A stretch of 32,000 bases of DNA from Methylorubrum extorquens (GCA_900234795.1 LT962688.1:510001-542000); one strand, 5' to 3'; positions 9,485 through 20,532 are shown, numbered from the stretch's first letter. Notes: a model not told the origin generated them from the letters alone. Translations and numbers: made by a program.

Positions 9485-10207
9485 ATGCTGACCCGCAAGC
9501 AACTCGAACTGCTCCAGTTCATCCAGCAGAGGATGCAGGAGAGCGGTGTGCCGCCGTCCTTCGACGAAATGAAGGACGCGCTCGACCTGAAATCCAAATC
9601 CGGCATCCACCGCCTGATCATGGCGCTGGAAGAGCGCGGGTTTCTTCGCCGTCTGCCGAACCGGGCGCGGGCGATCGAAATTCTGCGCATGCCCGACATG
9701 CCGGCGGCCAAGCCCGCATCGTCCGAGCCGCGTCGCTTCACGCCGAGCGTGGTCGAGGGCGGTCTTTCGGCCAAGCCCGCCGCGCCGAAGCCTCCCATGC
9801 TTCAGGCCCATGACGGCAAGGGCCAATTGGTGATGGTGCCGGTGATGGGCCGGATCGCTGCCGGTGTGCCGATCTCGGCGATCGAGAGCCAGAGCCACTC
9901 GATTTCGATGTCCCCCGACTTCCTGTCGGGCGGAGAGCATTACGCGCTGGAAGTGCGCGGCGATTCGATGATCGAGGCCGGCATTCTCGATGGCGACCTC
10001 GTGGTGATCCACAAACAGGAGACCGCCAACAATGGCGACATCATCGTCGCGCTGATCGACGACGAGGAGGCGACCCTCAAGCGCCTGCGCCGCCGCGGCT
10101 CGTCGATCGCGCTGGAAGCCGCCAACCCGGCCTACGAGACCCGCGTGCTCGGGCCCGATCGGGTGCGCATCCAGGGCAAGCTCGTGAGCCTCGTGCGCCG
10201 TTACTGA
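9485..10207 (+). CDS. lexA: LexA repressor (S24 peptidase)
   Basis: [29 protein letters not shown] winged-helix N-terminus. Ala-Gly cleavage site in [11 protein letters not shown]. Catalytic region [16 protein letters not shown] and ATLKRL. ATG 9485 is preferred over the TTG at 9431. Confidence 0.95.
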   Translation: MLTRKQLELLQFIQQRMQESGVPPSFDEMKDALDLKSKSGIHRLIMALEERGFLRRLPNRARAIEILRMPDMPAAKPASSEPRRFTPSVVEGGLSAKPAAPKPPMLQAHDGKGQLVMVPVMGRIAAGVPISAIESQSHSISMSPDFLSGGEHYALEVRGDSMIEAGILDGDLVVIHKQETANNGDIIVALIDDEEATLKRLRRRGSSIALEAANPAYETRVLGPDRVRIQGKLVSLVRRY

Positions 10208-12459
10208 GGATTTTCGGAGGGCGGCGGGTCTGATGGATCCGCCGCACTTGGATCATTGGAAGGTTGGGGGTCCGCCTCAATTGCCGGCGTCGCCGCGCTG
10301 GCAGGCCGGTGTTGCCAGGGCTTCGGCTGATCGGCCCCGCGGGCGGTGACGATTTCAGGCCCTTCCGTTCCGAGGCGGATCGCCGTGGCGCCCCGCAACG
10401 CCAGGAACGTCCGGTGGGCGATCAGCGGCGCGGCGCAGCCCGGCGGAGCACGCAGTCGGGTGATGAGAATGTCGGCCCGCGCGCAATCCTCCGCGAAAGC
10501 GCGCTTGTCCATGACGAGAGCGACGGCACGCCCGTCCACCGCCGTGAGGGTGCAGCCGATCCGATCGCAGCGCGGTCCTGCAGCGCCGGTCGCGGCTTCC
10601 GGACGGCGCCCGTCGCCATCGGCCTTCAACCATTGTTCAAGCACGAAGCCGGGCGGGCGCCCGAGCACCACGAGGCGCCCGTCCTTGCCGCGGACCGCGG
10701 CGCCGGCGCCGTCCCGATCGATATAAATGTCGTAGCGGATCGGGCTCGCGGCGAGGGCAACACCGAGCCCCGCCGGCACGAGGGCGAGGAAACGCAGCCG
10801 CGACACAGGAAGTGTCGCCAGCAGCAGGGCGGCGGCGAGCAGCATCAGGGCGCCCGTTCCGAACGCTGGCAGCACGACGTTGGCTTGCCCGAACCCGGCG
10901 ATCCAGGCGGAGATGTCGAGCATGCCGCGCACCGCCAGCCCCATCAGCCACCAGACCGGACGGTCGAGGGCAAAGGGGTAGGCCAGCATCCCGAGCACCG
11001 CCGCGGGCATCACCGCGAGCGACACGAGCGGCAGCGTCAGCGCGTTGCCGACGAGACCGAAGGGTTGCACAGTCTGAAAGTGGTAGGTTGCGAACGGCGC
11101 GGTGGCGAGTTGCGCCACCATCGTCGTGGCCAGGGTTCCGACCACCGCCTTCGCCACCCAGGACGCGGACCGCGCAATCCGGGACGAACTGGCGGTTCGG
11201 AAAACCCGCCCGTCGATGAGCGGCGCACAGGCGATGAGGCCGGCGACCGCGCCGAACGACATCTGGAAACTCGGACCCAGCAGCGCCTCCGGCTCGCGGG
11301 CGAGCGCCAGGATCGCCGCGAGGGCGAGGTTGCGGAGGCTGAGCGCCGGGCGATCGACGAGGATCGCGCCGAGCATCACCAGCGTCATGATCAGCGCGCG
11401 CTCGGCGGCGACGTCCCAGCCGGAGAAGGCGCAATAGGCGGTCACGCCCAGCATCGCCGTCCCCGCCGCGATCTTCTTGATCGGCCAGGCGAGGGCCAGC
11501 ATCGGCACCAGGGCGAGCCCGGCCCGCACCAGCCAGAACACGACGCCCGCCGCGAGCACCATGTGGAGTCCGGAGATCGAGACGACGTGATAAATCCCCG
11601 CGGAGCGCAGCACGTCGTTGGTCTCGTTGGAGATCAGTCCGCGCTTTCCGGTGACGAGGGCCGCCGCCACCGCGCCGGCCTGTCCGCCGATCGCGTCGGT
11701 GATGCGGCGGGTGAAGGCATTGCGCGCCGCGTCGATGGCGGCGGTCAACTGCAGCGACAGGGCCAGAGGCTCGGCCGGCGGCCCGACCTCGACCTTGCCG
11801 ACCAGCGAGCCCACGGCGCCGATCCCGCGAAAGTAGGCGTCGCGCGCAAAGTCGTAGCCGCCCGGCCGCACCGCCTCCGGCGGCGGCAAGAGGCGGGCGG
11901 TGGCACGGATGGCATCACCCGGCCGCACGGCCTGCGCAGCGCGGTAGGAGACCCGCACCCGGCGCGGGCGGCTTTCCGCATCGAGATCGCCGAACCGCTC
12001 GACGCGCACGATCAACCGCGCGCCGCCCTCGCGCTCATCGAGCCCTTCGACGAGGCCGACAAGCGGCGCGATGGTCACGCGGGTCAGCACCGGTCCCGCG
12101 ACGGAGGCGACCCGCCAGACGCCCGCCGCGAAGCCGAGGAAGACGGCGGCGAGGCCGAGCATCAGCGCGAGCGCCACCGGGCGCGCCCGCAGCAGCGGCA
12201 TCACCGAAAGGCAGAGCCCCGCCGCGATCAGCGGCGCGGCGAGGGAAGGCTCTCCATCGGTCGCCGTGAAGAAGACGAGAATGCCGGCCCCGAAGGCGAC
12301 GGCGAGCCAGGGGAACAGCCGCCGCTGCTCAGCTTCGCGAGCGACGCTGCCGCGCAAGCCGTCGCGCGCGGCCTGCCAGAGCTGTGCGGGGGCCGGGAGG
12401 CGACCGGCGATGAGGGCCGGAACGGCCCCGCGCATCACCCTGCCGCCGCCCCCTGCCAT
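10201..12459 (-). CDS. comEC: ComEC/Rec2 family competence (DNA internalisation) membrane protein
   Basis: Polytopic membrane protein with the ComEC core ([16 protein letters not shown]). The ORF-track start at 12636 would overlap gltX. ATG 12459 (MAGGGG...) or 12435 is more plausible. The 3' end overlaps the lexA 3' end by 7 nt. Confidence 0.85.
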   Translation of the reverse strand: MAGGGGRVMRGAVPALIAGRLPAPAQLWQAARDGLRGSVAREAEQRRLFPWLAVAFGAGILVFFTATDGEPSLAAPLIAAGLCLSVMPLLRARPVALALMLGLAAVFLGFAAGVWRVASVAGPVLTRVTIAPLVGLVEGLDEREGGARLIVRVERFGDLDAESRPRRVRVSYRAAQAVRPGDAIRATARLLPPPEAVRPGGYDFARDAYFRGIGAVGSLVGKVEVGPPAEPLALSLQLTAAIDAARNAFTRRITDAIGGQAGAVAAALVTGKRGLISNETNDVLRSAGIYHVVSISGLHMVLAAGVVFWLVRAGLALVPMLALAWPIKKIAAGTAMLGVTAYCAFSGWDVAAERALIMTLVMLGAILVDRPALSLRNLALAAILALAREPEALLGPSFQMSFGAVAGLIACAPLIDGRVFRTASSSRIARSASWVAKAVVGTLATTMVAQLATAPFATYHFQTVQPFGLVGNALTLPLVSLAVMPAAVLGMLAYPFALDRPVWWLMGLAVRGMLDISAWIAGFGQANVVLPAFGTGALMLLAAALLLATLPVSRLRFLALVPAGLGVALAASPIRYDIYIDRDGAGAAVRGKDGRLVVLGRPPGFVLEQWLKADGDGRRPEAATGAAGPRCDRIGCTLTAVDGRAVALVMDKRAFAEDCARADILITRLRAPPGCAAPLIAHRTFLALRGATAIRLGTEGPEIVTARGADQPKPWQHRPASAATPAIEADPQPSNDPSAADPSDPPPSENPQ

Positions 12460-12626
12460 GTGCCCTGCCTCTACCCCGACGCGCTCGAAGACTTGCAATG
12501 CCCGCGCGATGGGCAACCATGACGAATTCTTAACGCATCGGCTCGCTCGTGCTACACGCCAGCCAAGACCGGCCGCAGCCGTAAGCGCGCCATCCCGCAC
12601 TTTTTGAAGAAGCCTCCCAGCCGCCG

Positions 12627-14051
12627 ATGTCGTCACCGGTCGTCACGCGCTTTGCGCCTTCACCCACGGGCTTCCTGCATATCGGGGGAGCGCGCACGGC
12701 TCTGTTCAATTGGCTCTACGCCCGCCGCTTCGGCGGGCGGATGCTGCTGCGCATCGAGGACACCGACCGGGAGCGCTCGACGCAAGGCGCGATCGACGCG
12801 ATCCTCGACGGGATGCGCTGGCTCGGCCTCGATTGGGACGGGGACGTAATCTACCAGTTCGCCCGCGCCGAGCGGCACCGCGAGGTCGCCGAGAGCCTGC
12901 TCGCCTCGGGCAACGCCTATCACTGCTACGCCAGTGCGGAAGAGCTGACGCAGATGCGCGAGACCGCCCGCGCCGAGGGCCGCGCCCCGCGCTACGACGG
13001 CCGCTGGCGCGACCGTGACCCGTCCGAGGCGCCGGCGGGCGTGAAGCCGGTGATCCGCCTGCGCGCGCCGAGCGAGGGCGAGACGGTGGTCGAGGACGCC
13101 GTGCAGGGCCGCGTCACCTGGGCCAACCGCGATCTCGACGACCTCGTGCTGCTGCGCTCCGACGGCACGCCGACCTACATGCTCGCCGTCGTGGTGGACG
13201 ACCACGACATGGGCGTCACGCAGGTGATCCGCGGCGACGACCACCTCACCAACGCCGCGCGCCAGAGCCAGATCTACCGGGCGCTCGGCTGGGACGTGCC
13301 GGCGATGGCGCATATCCCGCTCATCCATGGAGCGGACGGCGCTAAGCTGTCGAAGCGCCACGGCGCGCTCGGCGTCGAGGAATACCGCGATCGCGGCTAC
13401 CTCCCGGCGGCCCTGCGCAACTACCTTGTGCGGCTCGGCTGGAGCCACGGCGATCAGGAAGTGTTCTCCACCGAGGAGATGATCGCCGCCTTCGACCTGA
13501 AGGCGATCGGCCGCTCGGCGGCGCGGTTCGACTTCACGAAGCTGGAAAGCCTCAACGGCCTCTACATCCGCGGCAGCGCCGATTCCGTGCTGGTGGATGC
13601 GATCGACGCGATCCTGCCGGCCCGCGGCCCCGAGCGGGGCCTGCCGACCGCGCTGACGCCGGATCTGCGCGAGAAGCTCGTATCGGCGATGCCCGGCTTG
13701 AAGGAGCGCGCCAAGACGCTCGTCGAACTCCTCGACAGCGCCTACTACCTCTACGCCGCGCGTCCGCTCGCCCTCGACGCCAAGGCCGAGGCCCTGCTCG
13801 CGGGGGACGCGCCCGAGCGGCTGCGCGCGCTCCTGCCGGCGCTCGAAGCCCTCCCGGAATGGAATGCGGCGACGACGGAGGCTGCGGTACGCCAGTTCGC
13901 CGACAGTCAGGGGGTCAAGCTCGGCCAGGTCGCCCAGCCCCTCCGGGCGGCGCTCACGGGGCGCGCCACCTCGCCGCCGGTCTTCGACGTCCTGGCCGTG
14001 CTCGGCCGCGACGAGGTGCTTGCCCGCCTCCGGGATCGCCTGCCGGCCTGA
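12627..14051 (+). CDS. gltX: Glutamate--tRNA ligase
   Basis: HIGH motif ([18 protein letters not shown]) and KMSKS-type motif (KLSKRHG). 474 aa. Confidence 0.95.
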   Translation: MSSPVVTRFAPSPTGFLHIGGARTALFNWLYARRFGGRMLLRIEDTDRERSTQGAIDAILDGMRWLGLDWDGDVIYQFARAERHREVAESLLASGNAYHCYASAEELTQMRETARAEGRAPRYDGRWRDRDPSEAPAGVKPVIRLRAPSEGETVVEDAVQGRVTWANRDLDDLVLLRSDGTPTYMLAVVVDDHDMGVTQVIRGDDHLTNAARQSQIYRALGWDVPAMAHIPLIHGADGAKLSKRHGALGVEEYRDRGYLPAALRNYLVRLGWSHGDQEVFSTEEMIAAFDLKAIGRSAARFDFTKLESLNGLYIRGSADSVLVDAIDAILPARGPERGLPTALTPDLREKLVSAMPGLKERAKTLVELLDSAYYLYAARPLALDAKAEALLAGDAPERLRALLPALEALPEWNAATTEAAVRQFADSQGVKLGQVAQPLRAALTGRATSPPVFDVLAVLGRDEVLARLRDRLPA

Positions 14052-14087
14052 GCCGGCCACGCGACGGATCCCCGCAGAGAGCATCCG

Positions 14088-14112
14088 GGTGCACCGGCTA
14101 AGCTGGTGCACC
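14088..14112 (+). terminator. Stem-loop after gltX built from two copies of the palindromic octamer GGTGCACC
   Basis: GGTGCACC at 14088-14095 and 14105-14112, separated by GGCTAAGCT. It lies 37 nt after the gltX stop. No U-tract. Confidence 0.4.
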
Positions 14113-14151
14113 GCGTGCCGTCTCGGCGCGCTGATGGGCTTCGCGGCGCCT

Positions 14152-14177
14152 CGAATGACAATCCAGCGCGAATGACA
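14152..14177 (+). repeat. Direct repeat CGAATGACA x2 in the gltA upstream region, with a third variant at 14331-14347
   Basis: CGAATGACA at 14152-14160 and 14169-14177. CGAATGACAATCCAGC (14152-14167) recurs as CGAGTGACAGATCCAGC (14331-14347). Confidence 0.6.
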
Positions 14178-14353
14178 GCCTGGCCTTGCGACGGCGGCCC
14201 ATCGTCGGGGCGAGGGCGGGAAAGTCTTGCCTGGACGCGTGTTTCAGCGTCATCTTCGCTCTTGCAGAGCGTTCCAAATCGTCGAGAACTGGATGAGCGA
14301 ACGGGCCGGATCCGATTTCATCCCGTTCGCCGAGTGACAGATCCAGCCTGTTT

Positions 14354-14367
14354 TTCGCATATGCGAA
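14354..14367. promoter_or_regulatory. Perfect 14-bp palindrome TTCGCATATGCGAA, candidate operator upstream of gltA
   Basis: Read directly from the sequence. It lies 160 nt upstream of the gltA ATG. Its binding factor is unknown. Confidence 0.35.
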
Positions 14368-14526
14368 GAGGCCGGGAGCAGCCCACCGTTGCTGGGCGCC
14401 GACCGATCCGCTAACCCGGTGCTTCAGTGAGCGGGCGCAGTGCTCTGCTGCGGCGCCACAACGGGGCGGGAGGCGTTGCCTTCCGGTCCAGTGCTGTTCC
14501 CGTCGCAAGAGAGGGTCCGCGATCCC

Positions 14527-15816
<1,290 letters not shown>

Positions 15817-15820
15817 GCTG

Positions 15821-15950
15821 GAGCATCATCCCGAAAGGTGGCCTCCGGCTTTCGGGATGATGCAAAACAGAAGCCTAGAGCATCGTCTTGGATCCGATAT
15901 CCAGGACGATGCTCTAAAGGGCGCCTCCGGACCCAGCGGTCCGGAGGCGC
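15821..15950. repeat. Three consecutive perfect or near-perfect stem-loops (REP/RIME-like intergenic element, likely bidirectional terminator)
   Basis: Stem A is 15 bp (15823-15837 with 15849-15863). Stem B is 18 bp with one G.U pair (15876-15893 with 15899-15916). Stem C is 11 bp (15921-15931 with 15940-15950). Together they fill the 140-nt gap between convergent gltA and yaiI. Confidence 0.8.
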
Positions 15951-15956
15951 ACGATG

Positions 15957-16436
15957 TCAGAGCTTGAGATCGCGCTTCAGGCGCATGACCACGCGATCCA
16001 GGGCGCCGAGAAAGGCCGAGCGGTCCTTCGGTGAGAACGGCCTCGGACCGCCGGTGATCGCGCCGGCCTCCCGCAGGTCCTGCATCAGGTTGCGGGTCGC
16101 GAGCGCGAGACCGACCGAGGATTCCGTGAAGGCCTTTCCGTTCGGCGCGAGCGCGACCGCGCCCGCCTTCACGCATCGGCTCGCCAGCGGCACGTCGGCC
16201 GTGATCACGACGGCGCCCCGGCTCGCCCGCTCGGCGATCCAGTCGTCGGCCGCATCGAACTTGTCCCCGACGACGACCCGCTCGATCCAGGGCTCGCGCG
16301 GCAGGTTCAGGAAGCTGTTCGAGACGACGAAGACGTGGAGGCCGTAGCGCCCGGCGACACGGTACACCTCGTCCTTCACCGGGCAGGCGTCGGCATCGAC
16401 GTAGATCGCGATCGTCGGTGTTGTTTCTTCGCTCAT
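15957..16436 (-). CDS. yaiI: YaiI/YqxD family protein (DUF188)
   Basis: 159-aa product [40 protein letters not shown]...ITADVPLA is typical of DUF188. ATG 16436 overlaps the lpxB stop (ATGA). The rest of ORF 15957..17219 is an out-of-frame overlap with lpxB. Confidence 0.85.
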   Translation of the reverse strand: MSEETTPTIAIYVDADACPVKDEVYRVAGRYGLHVFVVSNSFLNLPREPWIERVVVGDKFDAADDWIAERASRGAVVITADVPLASRCVKAGAVALAPNGKAFTESSVGLALATRNLMQDLREAGAITGGPRPFSPKDRSAFLGALDRVVMRLKRDLKL

Positions 16437-17590
16437 GCCGCCCGCCGTGCCTCCAAGACGATCCGGGCCGCCGCCCGGCTCGGTTCCTCGTCGCCGGGCA
16501 GCCGCATCCGGCCGTCGATTCGGGCCAGCGCGTCGAGTTGCGTCCGGCGGGCGGGGCCGCCTGCGAGAAGCGGCGCCAGCGTTTCGGCGAGCCGCTCCGG
16601 CGTGCAATCGGCCTGCACGAATTCCGGCATCGCGTTCTCGGACAGGATCAGGTTCGGCAGCACGATCGTCGGCACTTGGATGAGCCGTCGGGCGATGACT
16701 TCCTCGACCCGCGACACCTTGTAAGCCACCACCATCGGCACGCCGGCGAGCGCGAGTTCGAGCGTCACGGTGCCGGAGGCCGCGAGCGCGGCCCGCGCCC
16801 GGCGGAAGGTCGCGTACTTGTCGGCCTCCCCGTGGACGATCCGCGGATGCCGCTCCCACGCGGCGGCGAGTCGTTCGATCAGGGCGCGGTGACGGCTCAC
16901 CGCCGGCAGCTCGATCTCGAAGGGGCCGACCCGTCGGGCGAGGTCGGCGGTCGCCTGCCCGAAGACCGGCATCAGCCGCTCGATCTCCGAGCGGCGCGAG
17001 CCCGGCAGCACGGCGAGGACCCGGGGGCGCCCCTCGCGGATCGCGGCCTCGTCGGGGGAAGGGCGCAGCTCGGCCAGGCGCTCGATCAGCGGGTGGCCGA
17101 CATACGAGCAGGGCGGCCCGCCGAGGCGGCGATGCGCGTCCGGTTCGAAGGGGAGGAGGGCGAGCACGTGGTCGATGAAGGGCACCATGCCCTTGGCCCG
17201 CCAGGGCCGCCACGCCCATACGCTCGGCGAGACGTAATCGACGATCGGCAGATTCGGCAGGCGCTTGCGCACGCGGGTCGCGACGGCGTGGGTGAAACCG
17301 GGGCTGTCGATGATGACGAGCACGTCGGGCCGGCCTGCCACGACGTCGTCGACCGTCTCGCGGATGCGCCGCAGCAGGGTACGGGCGCGGGCGAGGACGG
17401 GCAGATAGCCCATCACCGCGACGTCATCGATCGGGAAGAGCGAGCGGAAGCCCTCCGCCTCCATCGCCTCGCCGCCGACGCCGCCGAGCGTCAGGGGCTC
17501 GGGCGAGAGTGCGCGCAGGGCCCGGATCAGCTTGGCGCCGAGCTGGTCGCCGGAATCCTCGCCCGCCACGAGCCAGATCCGCCGATGCAT
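16433..17590 (-). CDS. lpxB: Lipid-A-disaccharide synthase
   Basis: [26 protein letters not shown]-terminus and GT19 family collinearity. ATG 17590 shares one base with the lpxI stop (TGATG). Confidence 0.92.
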   Translation of the reverse strand: MHRRIWLVAGEDSGDQLGAKLIRALRALSPEPLTLGGVGGEAMEAEGFRSLFPIDDVAVMGYLPVLARARTLLRRIRETVDDVVAGRPDVLVIIDSPGFTHAVATRVRKRLPNLPIVDYVSPSVWAWRPWRAKGMVPFIDHVLALLPFEPDAHRRLGGPPCSYVGHPLIERLAELRPSPDEAAIREGRPRVLAVLPGSRRSEIERLMPVFGQATADLARRVGPFEIELPAVSRHRALIERLAAAWERHPRIVHGEADKYATFRRARAALAASGTVTLELALAGVPMVVAYKVSRVEEVIARRLIQVPTIVLPNLILSENAMPEFVQADCTPERLAETLAPLLAGGPARRTQLDALARIDGRMRLPGDEEPSRAAARIVLEARRAA

Positions 17591-18440
17591 CACGGGGCGA
17601 CCTCCACGCCGATCAGGAACAGGCCCGCCGCATCCGCGGCCGCCACCGTCGCCTCGCCGTCGATCACCAGGGTATGGCCGGCGCCGATGGCGATGCCGGC
17701 ACAACCGGCCTCCGCGGCGCGGCGCACGGTGCGCGGGCCGATGGCCGGCAGATCGATCCGCAGATCCTGGCCGAGCTTCGGCAGCTTGACGAGCACGGTC
17801 CCCTTCGCGGGTGTGCCGCGGCCGAACGGCTTGCGGTTGAGCGCACGGGCGCGGGCGAGCATGCGGTCCGTGCCCTCGGGTCCCTCGACGGCGATGACGC
17901 GCTCGCCCGCCACCACGGCGGCCTGCCCGACATCGAACGGGCTCAGGGCGCCGAGCATGGCCCGGCCCGTGGCGATCGAGAGGGTCGCGTCGGAATCCGG
18001 GTCCACCCGGCCGAGCCGGCCAAGGCGGCCGAGCAGGTCGGGCGCGACCTCGTGGACGCCGAGCACCCGGTGCCCGTTCTCTTCGAGCAGTGAGAGAGCA
18101 CGGCCCGCAGCAGCCGGTCGTCACCGCCGGCCAGGCTCTTCAGGATATCGCGGTTGCGCACCGCATGCGCTGCATTGAGCAGGGCGGCCGGGCTCGGGCG
18201 GGTGACGCCGCCGGCCGGCACCACGGCGGCGGGGGCCCATTCCTTCAGGATGCGCAGGGTGCCGGGGATGTCGAGCAGATCGACCACCGCATCCGCGCGC
18301 CGCCGCATCGCCCGCTCGGTGAAGCCGCGCACGGCCAGCACGCGGAACGGCCGCCGCGCCCGATCGAGGGAGGCTGCGACGAGTTCCGGCAGGTGGCCCG
18401 CGCCGGCCACCAGGGCGAGGGGCCGGGCGGGATCGATCAC
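17590..18440 (-). pseudogene. lpxI: UDP-2,3-diacylglucosamine pyrophosphatase LpxI (DUF1009), with an apparent +2 frameshift at 18092-18099
   Basis: The N-terminal part (VIDPARPLALVAGAGHLPELV...GGDDRLLRAVLS) is in the lpxA frame. The C-terminal part (LLEENGHRVLGVHEV...LFLIGVEVAP, ORF 17590..18066) is in another frame. Both parts are collinear with Caulobacter LpxI. The span is 851 nt, which is 3n+2. Confidence 0.8.
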
Positions 18441-18451
18441 GGCGGGCCGCC

Positions 18452-19268
18452 TCAGGCCGCCGCGGAGACGGGGGCGGGGCGTGCAGATCGAGCGCTTGCC
18501 GCCCGCCCGGATGAAGGCGAGGATTTCGTGGATCGCCGGATGGGTATCGAACTCGGCGGCCACGTCCTCGACGCGCTCCATCAGCGTGCCCTCCTGGGCG
18601 AAGAGCAGCCGATAGGCCCGGCGCAGGGCGTGGATGTCCTCGCGCGAAAAACCGCGGCGTTGCAGGCCGATGATGTTGAGCCCGGAGAGGTAGGCGCGGT
18701 TGCCGAGCACCATGCCGTAGGGGATGCAGTCGTTCTCCAGCCCCGAGAGGCCGCCGACGAAGGCGTGATCGCCGACGCGGGCGAACTGGATCACCGCCGC
18801 ACCGCCGCCGAGGATGGCGTAGTTGCCGACCGTGCAGTGGCCGGCGAGCATGACGTTGTTCGAAAAGATGACGTGGTCGCCGACGCGGCAATCATGGCCG
18901 ACATGGCTGTTGGCCAGGAACGCGCAGCCGTTGCCGACCACCGTCTCCAGGCCGCCGCCAGCGGTGCCGGGATTCATGGTCACGCCCTCGCGGATCAGGC
19001 AATCGGAGCCGACTGTGAGCGTCGAGGGCTCGCCGCGGAACTTCAGATCCTGCGGCGGATGGCCGATCGAGGCGAAGGGATAGATCCGGGTGCGTGCGCC
19101 CACCGTCGTCCGGCCGGCGACCACGACGTGGCTGACGAGTTCGCAGCCGTCCCCCAGCACGACGTCGGGCCCGATATGGCAGAACGGACCGATCCGCACG
19201 CCGTCCCCGAGCCGGGCGCCGTCCTCGACGACGCTGCTCGGATGGATCCCGTCCCGCACTGCGTTCAC
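18452..19268 (-). CDS. lpxA: Acyl-ACP--UDP-N-acetylglucosamine O-acyltransferase (LpxA-homologous segment). As sequenced, its frame has no stop and runs on to 17943
   Basis: The GTG 19268 start overlaps the fabZ stop (GTGA). Left-handed beta-helix hexapeptide repeats are present, and the C-terminal helical domain ends ...[15 protein letters not shown]. The end coordinate 18452 is the TGA reached only if one base of a C-run is removed. Confidence 0.8.
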
Positions 19269-19726
19269 TCCGTCACCAGCATGGCACCGATCTCGGCTTG
19301 GGCCACGAGCGCGCCGTCGACGCGGGCCTCGCCACGGAACCACCACATGGTCTTGCGCTGGTTCATCTTCGTCATGTGGAAGCGCACTTGGTCGCCGGGC
19401 ACGACGGGCTTGCGGAACTTGCACTTGTCGATCGTCATGAAGAAGACCTGCTTGGTCTTCAAGTCGTCATTCATGATGTGGCGGCAGCAGATCGCGCCCG
19501 CGGTCTGCGCCATGCCCTCGATCAGCAGCACACCGGGGAAGACCGGCAGGCCGGGGAAGTGCCCGGTGAATTGCGGCTCGTTCGCCGTGACATTCTTGAT
19601 GCCGATGCAGCTCTCGTCCCGGTCGATCTCGATGATGCGGTCGATCATCAGGAAGGGATAGCGGTGGGGCAGCAGTTCCAGCACCTTCTGGATATCGGCC
19701 GAACCCAGCTCCCGCGTCTCACTCAT
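19265..19726 (-). CDS. fabZ: 3-hydroxyacyl-ACP dehydratase FabZ
   Basis: 153 aa from ATG 19726, with [13 protein letters not shown] and [22 protein letters not shown] motifs. Confidence 0.93.
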   Translation of the reverse strand: MSETRELGSADIQKVLELLPHRYPFLMIDRIIEIDRDESCIGIKNVTANEPQFTGHFPGLPVFPGVLLIEGMAQTAGAICCRHIMNDDLKTKQVFFMTIDKCKFRKPVVPGDQVRFHMTKMNQRKTMWWFRGEARVDGALVAQAEIGAMLVTE

Positions 19727-19898
19727 CGGTCCCAACGCTCCCCGCCCATGCTTTCCCGGCGGCGTCCGCCGCACGGTCCCGTGCTTTTTGCCGGTGAAGG
19801 CCGCCCTCTTCGGCAGAAAATCAGGCGGATGCAAGACTTTTGCGCCGTCGGGGCACCTCCGAGGCGGGAACGGTACGGTTGCCGGCCCCGCCACGGGC

Positions 19899-20192
19899 TC
19901 AACCGCCGAGCGTCTCCTCCACGAGGCGCGGGTTCTTTTCCAGAAGAGCGAGGAGCACGCGGGCCGGCCCCTCGGGCCGTCGCCGCCGCTGCTCCCAGTT
20001 CCGCAACGTCCCGACGGCCACGCCGATGCGGCGGGCGAAGGCATCCTGCGACAGAGCCGAGGCTCTTCGCACCGCAGCCACGTCGATGTCGTGGGGGACG
20101 TGCACCTGCAATCCAGCAACGGTCTCGCCGCGCGCATGCGCAGCCGCCTGCTCTAGGCTGCGCGTCAGTTCCTGGAACGTCGCCTCATCCAT
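19899..20192 (-). CDS. XRE-family HTH antitoxin (COG2944 / HigA/NadS-like)
   Basis: 97 aa from ATG 20192. The HTH segment [42 protein letters not shown] is typical of antitoxins paired with RelE-like toxins. It starts 10 nt after the toxin stop. Confidence 0.8.
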   Translation of the reverse strand: MDEATFQELTRSLEQAAAHARGETVAGLQVHVPHDIDVAAVRRASALSQDAFARRIGVAVGTLRNWEQRRRRPEGPARVLLALLEKNPRLVEETLGG

Positions 20193-20202
20193 GGCTTCAT
20201 CC

Positions 20203-20532
20203 TCAAAACAGCGTATCGACCAACCGCGCCAGCCCTTGCGCCTGTGCCGGTGTCGGATTGGCTTGCTCGTTCTTCGCGTAGGCCAGAAGCAGGTACACGC
20301 CGCGTGCACTCACAAAACACGTGATCACCCGTGCTCCCCCACGCTTGCCACGCCCGTTGAGAGGCACACGAACCTTGCGCAGTCCGCCCGTACCGGGGAT
20401 CACATCGCCGGCGAATGGGTCGGCGGCAAGGATGTCCACGACTGCTGCCCGCTCCGCCTCGATCATCAGGCGCTCCGCCGACCGAAGATAAATCTCGGTC
20501 TCGATGACGGTATGGAGGGCGTCGGCCATCAC
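20203..20532 (-). CDS. Type II toxin, RelE/ParE superfamily (HigB-like, DUF1044/COG4737 type)
   Basis: 109 aa. The core GTGGLRKVRVPLNGRGKRGGARVITCFVSARGVYLLLAYAKNEQANPTPAQ matches the conserved G-LRK-R...GKSGG-R-IY...LL-Y-K pattern. The toxin-first gene order is as in higBA. Confidence 0.8.
   Translation of the reverse strand: MMADALHTVIETEIYLRSAERLMIEAERAAVVDILAADPFAGDVIPGTGGLRKVRVPLNGRGKRGGARVITCFVSARGVYLLLAYAKNEQANPTPAQAQGLARLVDTLF

Noticed and set aside
12460-12636. Upstream start choices from the ORF track: comEC at 12636, lexA TTG at 9431, gltA at 14440, ppiD at 30549, fabZ at 20137, lpxB at 18124.
   Set aside because: The extensions are not conserved-looking, overlap neighbouring genes or promoters, and internal starts coincide with family N-termini or with stop/start overlaps.
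14152-14177. Possible window-wide regulatory motif GAATGAC(A). It occurs at 14153 and 14170, at 25164 upstream of MCP2, as a reverse complement at 22-28 upstream of MCP1, and as a reverse complement inside fabZ near 19447.
   Set aside because: I expect about 1-2 chance hits for the 7-mer at this base composition. One hit is inside a coding region, and spacing to the start codons is inconsistent. Only the local direct repeat upstream of gltA is kept.
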